Assembly (NCBI GenBank): GCA_041483895.1
Contig: JBGPGO010000011.1
Location: forward strand, 1 to 64,000
From: Fimbriimonadia bacterium
GTDB lineage: Bacteria; Armatimonadota; Fimbriimonadia; Fimbriimonadales; JABRVX01
DNA length: 64,000 bases
Reading direction: 5' to 3'
Position 1 is the first letter of the stretch. Each line of letters begins with the position of its first letter. Below are positions 1-7,896 of this stretch, piece by piece. The translations under genes were made by a program, and so were the position numbers. The notes below the pieces were generated by a model, which saw only the letters and a program-made list of their open reading frames with translations, ran no database searches and was not told the origin of the DNA.

Positions 1-642
1 GGAAATGGGTTTTGCGCCTATTCCGCTCGACTTTTTTTCCGAGACGCGACGACGGGCGTTGACGGTCCGGGCGAGGTGATTGCGACGCCGGGCGACCTGA
101 TCGAGGTTTGGTTCTCGTTTCACAAGATCGACGCCGTCAACCCGTACAAGTGGGGGACGCTGCAGATCACTCTCTGTTTCGAAGGCGGCAACGCCATCGT
201 CGATCAGGCAGATAAGGATGCTTGGGAAACCTCGATTATTGCGGCCAAATCATCCGGTGGACCTAAAACGGACTTCCTTTCTACGGTGACCGGCGTGGGG
301 ACATTGTATGACAGCGCTATCGATCCGTATGATGATGTCCCAGGCAAAGTGTGCTCTGACGGTCTTTACGTCCTCCTTGGCATCAACAAGAACAGCACGC
401 GTTCGGAAGACTGGGACGTGCTTCTTTGGGAGTTCACTGCGCAGGCAAATGGCGTTGGCCAAACACTGAATTGGTTTTTCGACGGGCGGGACACAGGTAC
501 CGGGTTATCTACGCGGATACTCGACCAGAAGAACAACTCGGTGGACGTGACGGACAACCGGGTGACTGTGGTACCGGAACCTGCAGCGGTTGCCGGAGTT
601 ATTATGTGCGCGGCCGCAGTGTACTCTCGAAGAAGGAGATGA
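1..642 (+). CDS. PEP-CTERM sorting-domain surface protein, array copy 1 (5'-truncated by window edge)
   Basis: Frame is open from base 1 (GNGFCAYSARLFF...) and nearly identical to the N-terminus of copy 2; ends VPEP + hydrophobic helix + RRRR. Confidence 0.9.
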   Translation, partial: GNGFCAYSARLFFRDATTGVDGPGEVIATPGDLIEVWFSFHKIDAVNPYKWGTLQITLCFEGGNAIVDQADKDAWETSIIAAKSSGGPKTDFLSTVTGVGTLYDSAIDPYDDVPGKVCSDGLYVLLGINKNSTRSEDWDVLLWEFTAQANGVGQTLNWFFDGRDTGTGLSTRILDQKNNSVDVTDNRVTVVPEPAAVAGVIMCAAAVYSRRRR

Positions 643-648
643 TCGAGA

Positions 649-1332
649 ATGTTTCGTTTATTTGTTTCACTTTGGATGGTAGTCTTGTTTGCCGGAAATG
701 GGTTTTGCGCCTATTCCGCTCGACTTTTTTTCCGAGACGCGACGACGGGCGTTGACGGTCCGGGCGAGGTGATTGCGACGCCGGGCGACCTGATCGAGGT
801 TTGGTTCTCGTTTCACAAGATCGACACCGTCAACCCGTACAAGTGGGGGACGCTGCAGATTACCCTCTGCTTTGACAGCGCAATGGGGATCGTTGAGCAG
901 GCAGATAAGGATAACTGGGAACCATCGATCTATGCCGCGAAGGCGTCCGGTGGCCCGCCGAGCGATTTCTTAACAACGGTCGTCGCCGAAGGCTATCTAG
1001 GAGACGATGCTTTGGATCCGTCAGGCGGCGACGTCAAGGTTTGCGACGACGGCGTGTACATACTTCTAGGGATGAGAAGTAGCGCGCCTCGAACGGAGGA
1101 CTGGGATGTACTCCTGTGGGCGTTCACGATCCAACAGGCCGGCATCGGTCAGACCCTGAATTGGGCTCGGGATGGCTATGATACCGCCACTCGCCTTTCT
1201 ACCCGCATCCTCGACCAGAAGAACAAAACGGTGGACGTGACGGACAACTGGGTTGCGGTGGTACCGGAGCCGGGTAGCCTGTTTGTCTTTGCAATCCTCT
1301 TGGCCTTGGTACGAAGGCGAAAGGAGCCATGA
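649..1332 (+). CDS. PEP-CTERM surface protein, copy 2 (cohesin-like beta domain)
   Basis: Signal peptide, shared motifs NPYKWGTLQITLC and STRILDQKN, tail VPEPGSLFVFAILLALVRRRK. Confidence 0.92.
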   Translation: MFRLFVSLWMVVLFAGNGFCAYSARLFFRDATTGVDGPGEVIATPGDLIEVWFSFHKIDTVNPYKWGTLQITLCFDSAMGIVEQADKDNWEPSIYAAKASGGPPSDFLTTVVAEGYLGDDALDPSGGDVKVCDDGVYILLGMRSSAPRTEDWDVLLWAFTIQQAGIGQTLNWARDGYDTATRLSTRILDQKNKTVDVTDNWVAVVPEPGSLFVFAILLALVRRRKEP

Positions 1333-2010
1333 ATGATCCGATACGTTGTTTCACTCTCGATGGTACTGCTCGTTTGCGCCGCGCATGCGGCGTATACGGC
1401 GCGGCTCTTTCTCTACAACGTGACGACCAACGGTTCCAACGTAGGCGCGGTGACCGCCCGTCCTGGGGATGTGATCGAGATGTGGTACACGTTCCACAAG
1501 CTTGACAACGTAAATCCGTTTAAGTGGGGCACGCTCCAAGTAACGCTTTGCCTTGACGCGTTGAGCGTTATCAGCCCGGCGGATCAGGCGACATGGTCGG
1601 CACAAATCACCGGAGCAAAGTCTCAAGGCGGTCCCGCGGCAGATTTTCTTTCCGCTGTTATCGGTACAGGCGAGCTGCACGATAACGCGATAAACCCCTC
1701 GGATTCGTCGCAGCCGATCGTTTCGGCAAACGGGCTCTACTTTCTGCTCGGCATCGCTGGAGCGAGGGCGAGGGAGAGTAATTGGGATGTGAAGCTGTTT
1801 CGCTTCAATGTCGCTCCTGGAAGTGAAGGGGAGGTACTCGACTGGTGCTTGGACGGTCGAGACGCGCCAACCGGACTGTCTACGCGCATCCTCGACCAGA
1901 AGAACAAAACGGTGGACGTGACGGACAATTGGGTGACTGTGGTACCGGAGCCGGGCTTTTGGGCAGTTGCTGTGGTGGTGGTCTTTTTTGGCAGGAGGTT
2001 CAGAAGATGA
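1333..2010 (+). CDS. PEP-CTERM surface protein, copy 3
   Basis: Signal peptide, paralog motifs, VPEP-TM-RRFRR; abuts the stop of copy 2. Confidence 0.92.
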   Translation: MIRYVVSLSMVLLVCAAHAAYTARLFLYNVTTNGSNVGAVTARPGDVIEMWYTFHKLDNVNPFKWGTLQVTLCLDALSVISPADQATWSAQITGAKSQGGPAADFLSAVIGTGELHDNAINPSDSSQPIVSANGLYFLLGIAGARARESNWDVKLFRFNVAPGSEGEVLDWCLDGRDAPTGLSTRILDQKNKTVDVTDNWVTVVPEPGFWAVAVVVVFFGRRFRR

Positions 2011-2684
2011 AACGGTTTCCAATGGCGACCGTGCTGGCCATTTTCGTAGTGCAAGGAGTCAGCGCGGCCTACCAAGCGCGTCTTCTGTTTTATGACTCCT
2101 CAACAGGAAAGTCAAATTCCGGGGAGCTGATTGCCCGCCCGGGAGACCAAATCGAGGTTTGGTACACATTCCATGCGCTCGATACGGTCAATCCCTACAA
2201 GTGGGGAACGTTGCAGGCCACGCTTTGCTTGGACGGCCTCCGCCTGATCAGTGCAGCCGATCAGGCGACCTGGGCGGACCAGATCCAGAACGCCAAAGTG
2301 CAAAGCGGGGCACTGAGCGACTTTATGGCCACAGTCATCGGCAATGGACCCCTCTATGACAATGCCATCGACCCTTCGGATGTGACGAGCCCGCTTATCA
2401 GTTCGAATGGATTGTACGTCTTGCTCGGCATCCATCAAGTGCTGGCGCAGCATTGGGATGCGATGTTGTATCGGTTTACAATTGCTCCGGGCACCGAAGG
2501 GGATGTGCTTGGTTGGTGCCTGGACGGCCGAGATGCCGGAACCGGGCTGTCCACCCGCATTTTGGACCAGAAGAACCGGACGGTGGACGTGACGGATAAC
2601 TGGATCCATGTTGTGCCGGAGCCGGGATCTCTCTTTGCGTTTGGAATCTTGCTGGCCTTGCTACGAAAGCGAAAGGAGCCCTAA
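2007..2684 (+). CDS. PEP-CTERM surface protein, copy 4
   Basis: ATGA overlap with copy 3 and GGAGG RBS; MKRFPM signal peptide; VPEPGSLFAFGILLALLRKRK. Confidence 0.92.
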   Translation: MKRFPMATVLAIFVVQGVSAAYQARLLFYDSSTGKSNSGELIARPGDQIEVWYTFHALDTVNPYKWGTLQATLCLDGLRLISAADQATWADQIQNAKVQSGALSDFMATVIGNGPLYDNAIDPSDVTSPLISSNGLYVLLGIHQVLAQHWDAMLYRFTIAPGTEGDVLGWCLDGRDAGTGLSTRILDQKNRTVDVTDNWIHVVPEPGSLFAFGILLALLRKRKEP

Positions 2685-3341
2685 ATGGTTCGTTGTGTTG
2701 CTTCACTGTGGATGGTACTTCTCGTCTGCGCCGGGCATGCGGCGTACAACGCCCGGCTTTATTTCCGCGACGCGACCACGGGGGATTCGGGCACCGGACA
2801 GGTGACAGCGAAACCCGGCGACCTGATCGAGGTTTGGTTCTCGTTTCACAAGATCGACACCGTCAACCCGTACAAGTGGGGGACGCTGCAGATCACTCTC
2901 TGTTTCGACGGGTATGGGATCGTCAACCAAGCGGACAAGGACGCATGGGTTTCGTCGCTGAACGCCGCCAGGTCATCCGGAGGTCCTACATCTGATTTCT
3001 TGTCATTCATACCCTATGAGGGGGAGCTTTTCGATTATGCAATTGATCCCACAGACGTCGATGGAGGCCCGAGAGTCTGCAACGACGGGGCGTACCTGTT
3101 GGCGGGAATGAGGGCCACGGCGTCTCGGTCTGAGGCCTGGGACGCGCGTCTATGGCAGTTCACCGTGCAAGCCGAAGGCGTTGGCGAGACCTTGAACTGG
3201 CTATTCGACGGAAGGTCCACGAACAGAGGTCTTTCTACTCGCATTCTCGATCAAAAAAATGCAACGGTGGACGTGACGGACAACTGGGTCACCGTTGTTC
3301 CGGAGCCGGATGCTTGGGCATTGCGCTATTTCCCTGTCTGA
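2685..3341 (+). CDS. PEP-CTERM surface protein, copy 5, with frameshifted anchor (tail continues in another frame to 3394)
   Basis: VPEPDAWAL then an early stop; the shifted frame reads ALFPCLIWQTVRRRRRK. Confidence 0.85.
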   Translation: MVRCVASLWMVLLVCAGHAAYNARLYFRDATTGDSGTGQVTAKPGDLIEVWFSFHKIDTVNPYKWGTLQITLCFDGYGIVNQADKDAWVSSLNAARSSGGPTSDFLSFIPYEGELFDYAIDPTDVDGGPRVCNDGAYLLAGMRATASRSEAWDARLWQFTVQAEGVGETLNWLFDGRSTNRGLSTRILDQKNATVDVTDNWVTVVPEPDAWALRYFPV

Positions 3342-3573
3342 TATGGCAAACGGTCCGCAGGAGGCGCCGCAAGCCGTCTCAGCCGTCAAACTGACCTACT
3401 TTTGTCGTCGGCGAAGGCCGGAGCGTCCGGCCAGACCGGTTCCGTCGCAGCAATAGTGCTGGCCATGATTCAGACGCCGCACCTTCCAACTCCGATTCCT
3501 TGGGACGCGTACGTCGTCGTCTGGCACCCTGGCGGGGTCCGATGAGCCGCCGTTGGTATCGCCGCATACATAG

Positions 3574-3786
3574 ATCACTTCCAGCCCGATCGAAGCGAAC
3601 TCCGACTTCGACCTGATCAATGGCGATGCGTTCCAGGATAAACAGATCAATGTCCAGGATATGAGCTCGATATTCATCGACTTCGGTTCAAACGGGTCCG
3701 ATTACGATACGGATGAGAGCGGTGTGGTCGATTTACCGGACCTGAACAGGGTGTTTACGAACTTTGGCATGGCTGGGGATAACTAA
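3574..3786 (+). pseudogene. Orphan dockerin-like (double Ca-binding loop) C-terminal domain with no upstream start
   Basis: After an in-frame TAG (3571-3573) the frame reads ...FDLINGDAFQDKQINVQDMSSIFIDFGSNGSDYDTDESGVVDLPDLNRVFTNFGMAGDN*, matching the C-terminus of the S8 protease at 13361-14962. Confidence 0.8.
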
Positions 3787-3805
3787 TCCCACTCTGCCAT
3801 TTGAG

Positions 3806-3836
3806 GCCACCTGCCGCAAGGCGGGTGGCATTTTTT
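3806..3836 (+). terminator. Rho-independent terminator
   Basis: GCCACCTGCC-GCAA-GGCGGGTGGC followed by ATTTTTT. Confidence 0.85.
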
Positions 3837-3989
3837 GTTGCATCTCGCCGTTTGGCATGAAGCCTGCATGGGGTAAGCCGAACGCAAAAGATGTGCCGTC
3901 TGAACCGGTCTGAGCGACCGGACAGATGCTGAATTTGCGTGATTTTGGCCTTTTCGGAAAAATTCAGCAGGTTTTTTCTCGAGATTTCC

Positions 3990-4018
3990 TTGACAAATCG
4001 ACGAGGTTGGTGTAACCT
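3990..4018 (+). promoter_or_regulatory. Sigma70-type promoter for PEP-CTERM copy 6
   Basis: TTGACA-17 bp-TAACCT upstream of an AGGAG RBS. Confidence 0.65.
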
Positions 4019-4100
4019 GCATGCACAAGAGGTTGGAGAAACACTCCCAGTCCAAGGGCTGTAAACCTCTGCATTGATTCCGAAAAGGAGCTTTTGAACT

Positions 4101-4793
4101 GTGTTGATTAGAAACCTGGTGTGGTTCACTCTGGCTGCCACAGCCACTTCGAGCTGTTTTGGTGCATATTCGGCTCGTCTATTCTTCAAAAACGCTACCA
4201 CGAATAATCAGGCTGCCGGTCAGGTTCTAGCCTCGCCCGGTGACACGATTGAAGTCTGGTATTCGTTCCATGCGTCTGATGCTGTCAATCCGTTCAAGTG
4301 GGGGACCTTTCAAGCAACCCTATGCTTCGATGGTCTCACGCTTGTGAGCGCCGCCGACCAAGCCAATTGGGACGCTTCGATTGCAACCGCAAAGACGACT
4401 GGTGGCCCCGCAACCGACTTCCTGGCTACCGTAATAGGAAACGGCGAACTCCGAGACAACGCTATCGATCCGACGGATCCGAACTCTCCCAAGCTCTGCA
4501 ACAACGGCATCTATGTGTTGCTTGGTATCAACGGCAACAAGGGCCGCGCATCGCAGTGGGATGTCAAGGTATGGCAGTTCACCGTTAAGGCCGGTAGTTT
4601 TGGAAACACGCTTGACTGGCTCGTAGACGGTAGGGATACAGGCACCGGTCTATCTACCGGAATCCTCGACCAGAAGAATGTTAGGAAGGACATCACGGAC
4701 AACCATGTGACGGTCGTCGTTCCCGAACCGGGAACGCTGGCCGCAATCGCTACCGGTTTGGCGGGACTTGCCGCCTTGCGACGGCGAAAGTAG
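4101..4793 (+). CDS. PEP-CTERM surface protein, copy 6 (monocistronic, probably the main family member)
   Basis: Paralog motifs, canonical VPEPGTLAAIATGLAGLAALRRRK, own promoter, RBS and terminator. Confidence 0.93.
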   Translation: MLIRNLVWFTLAATATSSCFGAYSARLFFKNATTNNQAAGQVLASPGDTIEVWYSFHASDAVNPFKWGTFQATLCFDGLTLVSAADQANWDASIATAKTTGGPATDFLATVIGNGELRDNAIDPTDPNSPKLCNNGIYVLLGINGNKGRASQWDVKVWQFTVKAGSFGNTLDWLVDGRDTGTGLSTGILDQKNVRKDITDNHVTVVVPEPGTLAAIATGLAGLAALRRRK

Positions 4794-4817
4794 CAACGTC
4801 GTGTCCAATATCATTAT

Positions 4818-4858
4818 GGCCACCCCAACCGGTTTAGCCCCGGTTCGGGTGGCCTTTT
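4818..4858 (+). terminator. Rho-independent terminator
   Basis: GGCCACCCCAACCGG...CCGGTTCGGGTGGCC-TTTT between convergent genes. Confidence 0.8.
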
Positions 4859-4864
4859 GATTCA

Positions 4865-5695
4865 CTATCGCCCTACGTACTCCCTCACGGCGTCATGCCA
4901 ATCCCGTAGCTGTGCCAAACCGGCGGCTTCCACCTTCTCGCAGGCCAGAACGCTGTACGACGGACGGCTCGCCGGACTCTGCCACTCATCCGTGGAAATC
5001 GGCTTGACATCGGCTTCGATGCCCGCGGCTTTGAGGGTTTCTTCGGCAAACTCGAACCATGTGGCCTGCCCCCCATTCACCAAGTGATAGATGCCCTTCG
5101 GCGGCTCGAAGCCGAGCAGATTAAGTATTGCGCCTGCCAGCTCGGGTGTATATGTTGGTGAGCCGACCTGATCCGCCACGACTCGAATCGGCTTTCCCTC
5201 TTTGGCGAGCTGGAGAATGGTTGCGGGAAAGCATTTTCTCCGCGGACCGAACAGCCACGCGGACCGGACGATGAGGAAGCGCTCCGGATTGCCCTTCTCA
5301 ACCGCCAATTCGCCGGCAAACTTCGCCCTTCCGTAGGCGTTGATCGGATTAGGCGTGTCGGCCTCGGTGTACGGTTCCCTTGAATTCCCATCAAAGACGT
5401 AGTCCGTGCTGATTTGCACAGTCCAGGCCCCGACTTCTTTGCATGCCTCGGCGAGCATTCCGGGACCAATTGCGTTGACACGAAAGGCAACCTCATTGTC
5501 TTCGCAGGCGTCTACATTGGTGAAGGCGGCGCAGTTGATGACGAAATTGGGTTCATGCCGATGAATGACAGAGCGAACCGCCCGCCCGTCGAGAATGTCC
5601 AGTTCGGCATGAGATAGACCGACGACGTCGAATGACTCTTGGCGCGTTAGGTCATGGCCCAGCATGCCGCCGGCACCCGTCACGAGGATTTTCAC
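4865..5695 (-). CDS. rfbD: dTDP-4-dehydrorhamnose reductase
   Basis: KILVTGAGGMLG, ISTDYVFDG, YGRAK, DQVGSPT, RPSYSVL motifs; GTG start. Confidence 0.95.
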   Translation of the reverse strand: MKILVTGAGGMLGHDLTRQESFDVVGLSHAELDILDGRAVRSVIHRHEPNFVINCAAFTNVDACEDNEVAFRVNAIGPGMLAEACKEVGAWTVQISTDYVFDGNSREPYTEADTPNPINAYGRAKFAGELAVEKGNPERFLIVRSAWLFGPRRKCFPATILQLAKEGKPIRVVADQVGSPTYTPELAGAILNLLGFEPPKGIYHLVNGGQATWFEFAEETLKAAGIEADVKPISTDEWQSPASRPSYSVLACEKVEAAGLAQLRDWHDAVREYVGR

Positions 5696-5848
5696 AGTTC
5701 CCTTGTACCCCAAGGCGGTTTGGGATCTGCCAAAACAGTTTTGCAAGGGACCCGATTTCCATAGGACCTTAAGAATTCTAAGGTCCAGTTATCATATACT
5801 CAACAAATGAATGGACCGACCTCAATGGAATTTTGGAGGACATCAAGA

Positions 5849-6583
5849 ATGAACATCAAGCTCGGTGCGATCGCCATCGGTTTCACGCTAATTTCCGTGG
5901 CCATGTCCCAAACCGCCGTTGATAACGTTGTGCTGAAACGCAAACTTGCGGCCGGGGACCTTGCGAAGTACAAGATGATGGGGAAGATCGGCTCAGAAGA
6001 CATGGGACAGGAATTCGAGGTTTCCGGCACGATCCAGTTCAAATGCGATAAGGTTGCCGAAGACACGGGCGCAGGGATGGCTGTTCTGTGGACAAAGCTG
6101 AGCGTACTGCGAGACGGCGAAGAGATTATCAATGATCCGGAAGACATACCGCCGGTCGTTTCCGCAAAGATTGACAAGGCCGGAAAAGTGGCGGACATGC
6201 TTTGTGAAAAGGACGATCCCGCCACCGAGTTTACGCAGCTGCTCTATGCGTTTTCCCATATTCCACTGCCCGCGGATGAGTTGAAGGTCGGAACAAAGTG
6301 GCAATCGAAGAGCGCCGATGTCCTCTTGTCACCGCTCGGCGGCGCGACCGCTTCCTACGAAGTGGCTGCCTTCGAAACGGTCGGAAGTGCGAACGCGGTG
6401 AAAATAACGTTCAAGTTCAAAGCGGTTGCCTCCGACTCCGGCGCCGCGGCGGGCGAAATACGCGGGGAAGCATGGCTTGATTCCAAGACAGGATTGCTTC
6501 TTAAGGAGAATGTGACGCTCGATGCCCTGGCGATATCGGGCGCGATGATGAAGGGCAAGTACAGCCTAGAGCTGCAGAAATAG
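5849..6583 (+). CDS. Secreted hypothetical protein (beta-rich)
   Basis: GGAGG RBS, signal peptide MNIKLGAIAIGF. Confidence 0.75.
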   Translation: MNIKLGAIAIGFTLISVAMSQTAVDNVVLKRKLAAGDLAKYKMMGKIGSEDMGQEFEVSGTIQFKCDKVAEDTGAGMAVLWTKLSVLRDGEEIINDPEDIPPVVSAKIDKAGKVADMLCEKDDPATEFTQLLYAFSHIPLPADELKVGTKWQSKSADVLLSPLGGATASYEVAAFETVGSANAVKITFKFKAVASDSGAAAGEIRGEAWLDSKTGLLLKENVTLDALAISGAMMKGKYSLELQK

Positions 6584-6588
6584 GCACA

Positions 6589-7107
6589 TCAATAGACGTC
6601 TTTGCGGAGATTGAGAGCCTGGAAGATCTGTTCCGTCGTGTATCTCCAGCGGCCGCCTTTGAACTCTAACGGCAGCTGCATCTCCATCGTAGTTGTTGCG
6701 CCTGTAGTTTCGTTTTTGGCGAAAACCTTGATCGGAACGACGGCTTTGTTGTCCTTTGGCGGCACATCGGTAACCTTGTAATTCTGGATTTTCCAGCCCG
6801 TTCGCTTCAGGGCGCTAACGACCCCGTTGCCGTAAATCTCGATTCCGCCACCGAAGTCCAAGCGGCGATCCTCCTCCGGGGTGAAGTTCATGTACCAGGC
6901 GACCGTCTGACCGTCGCCGGCCTTCAGCGCGTCCATCACTTTTTCGGCTGCAGCGGCCGGTCCTTGCGAACGCGATATGGCTTTTCCCATGAACCAAAGC
7001 CCGATAATCGCGCCCACGATGATCACCGGGATGAAGAAATACTCAATCGGGAACGCCTTGTTCTCGTTGAAGTAGAACCGATTTTTCTCAAATTTGCTCT
7101 TTGGCAT
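6589..7107 (-). CDS. Membrane-anchored hypothetical protein (NTF2/DUF4878-like periplasmic domain)
   Basis: One TM helix followed by PAAAAEKVMDALKAGD...LEFKGGRWR. Confidence 0.7.
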   Translation of the reverse strand: MPKSKFEKNRFYFNENKAFPIEYFFIPVIIVGAIIGLWFMGKAISRSQGPAAAAEKVMDALKAGDGQTVAWYMNFTPEEDRRLDFGGGIEIYGNGVVSALKRTGWKIQNYKVTDVPPKDNKAVVPIKVFAKNETTGATTTMEMQLPLEFKGGRWRYTTEQIFQALNLRKDVY

Positions 7108-7125
7108 GGATTTGAATGATTTACC

Positions 7126-7896
7126 CTATTTGACGACCTTTTTCGCTATCACCGTTTTCAGACGCTTGTCGTCCCAGCCCGCGGCGGCCAGAAAGAGCCG
7201 GGCCCGGAAGGCGTCAAATGATGGCCAACTCGCCCAAGACTTGGACCATTCGCCGGTCAATCCTGAGGCAAACTGGATAACCCTGCCGCGGCCGACGGTC
7301 CATTCGATGAGGATTGGCAGGTCGGCAGCGAGAACTTTGGCCTTGGATTCTTGGCGGACGTATAGTAGCGAATAGTCGCTGATCTTCGGCAATCGCGACC
7401 AGTCGAGACCGTAGACGAGCCCGGAGGAGGTATCCGGCAGGACCGGCTTGTCCGATCGATTCTCACGCCGGGACGAAGGGCCGTTTCCCATGCTGATGCA
7501 GGGGATTCGGCTTCCAAGAACGGTGTCGTCAATCCCTGATCCCGCAAATCCCGAGGGACCGCCTTCCAGCACGATTCCCATTCCCAAGGAGCCGGCATCG
7601 GCGACGACAGCAAGAAACTCCGCTCCCACGTCGCGGGTTAGTACGAGGCCCTCCTGGAAGAACAGAGCGTCGTAGTTCTGCCTCAATTCAGCGCCGTCGG
7701 CAGCCATCGCCGTCAAGAGATCGGGACTCGCCTTGATCACGGTGACCTGAATTCCGAATGGCTTCATGGCCTCCGCTAGCTGTTGGCAACTGTCTACATC
7801 GGAAGCTAGGGCGAGTACACGGGTGTCTTTGGCAAAGCCGGCGGTGACAACGGTCGTCAGGGCAAGAATAACCGCAAAAGTTCTATTTCGTACCAA
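7126..7896 (-). CDS. Secreted class I glutamine amidotransferase-like domain protein
   Basis: YDALF, GIVLEGG, PILIEWTVGRGRVIQFAS; start uncertain. Confidence 0.65.
   Translation of the reverse strand: MVRNRTFAVILALTTVVTAGFAKDTRVLALASDVDSCQQLAEAMKPFGIQVTVIKASPDLLTAMAADGAELRQNYDALFFQEGLVLTRDVGAEFLAVVADAGSLGMGIVLEGGPSGFAGSGIDDTVLGSRIPCISMGNGPSSRRENRSDKPVLPDTSSGLVYGLDWSRLPKISDYSLLYVRQESKAKVLAADLPILIEWTVGRGRVIQFASGLTGEWSKSWASWPSFDAFRARLFLAAAGWDDKRLKTVIAKKVVK

Noticed and set aside
1..4793. Diversity-generating retroelement acting on the PEP-CTERM array
   Set aside because: There is no reverse transcriptase in the window, and differences between copies include indels and all bases rather than adenine-specific changes.
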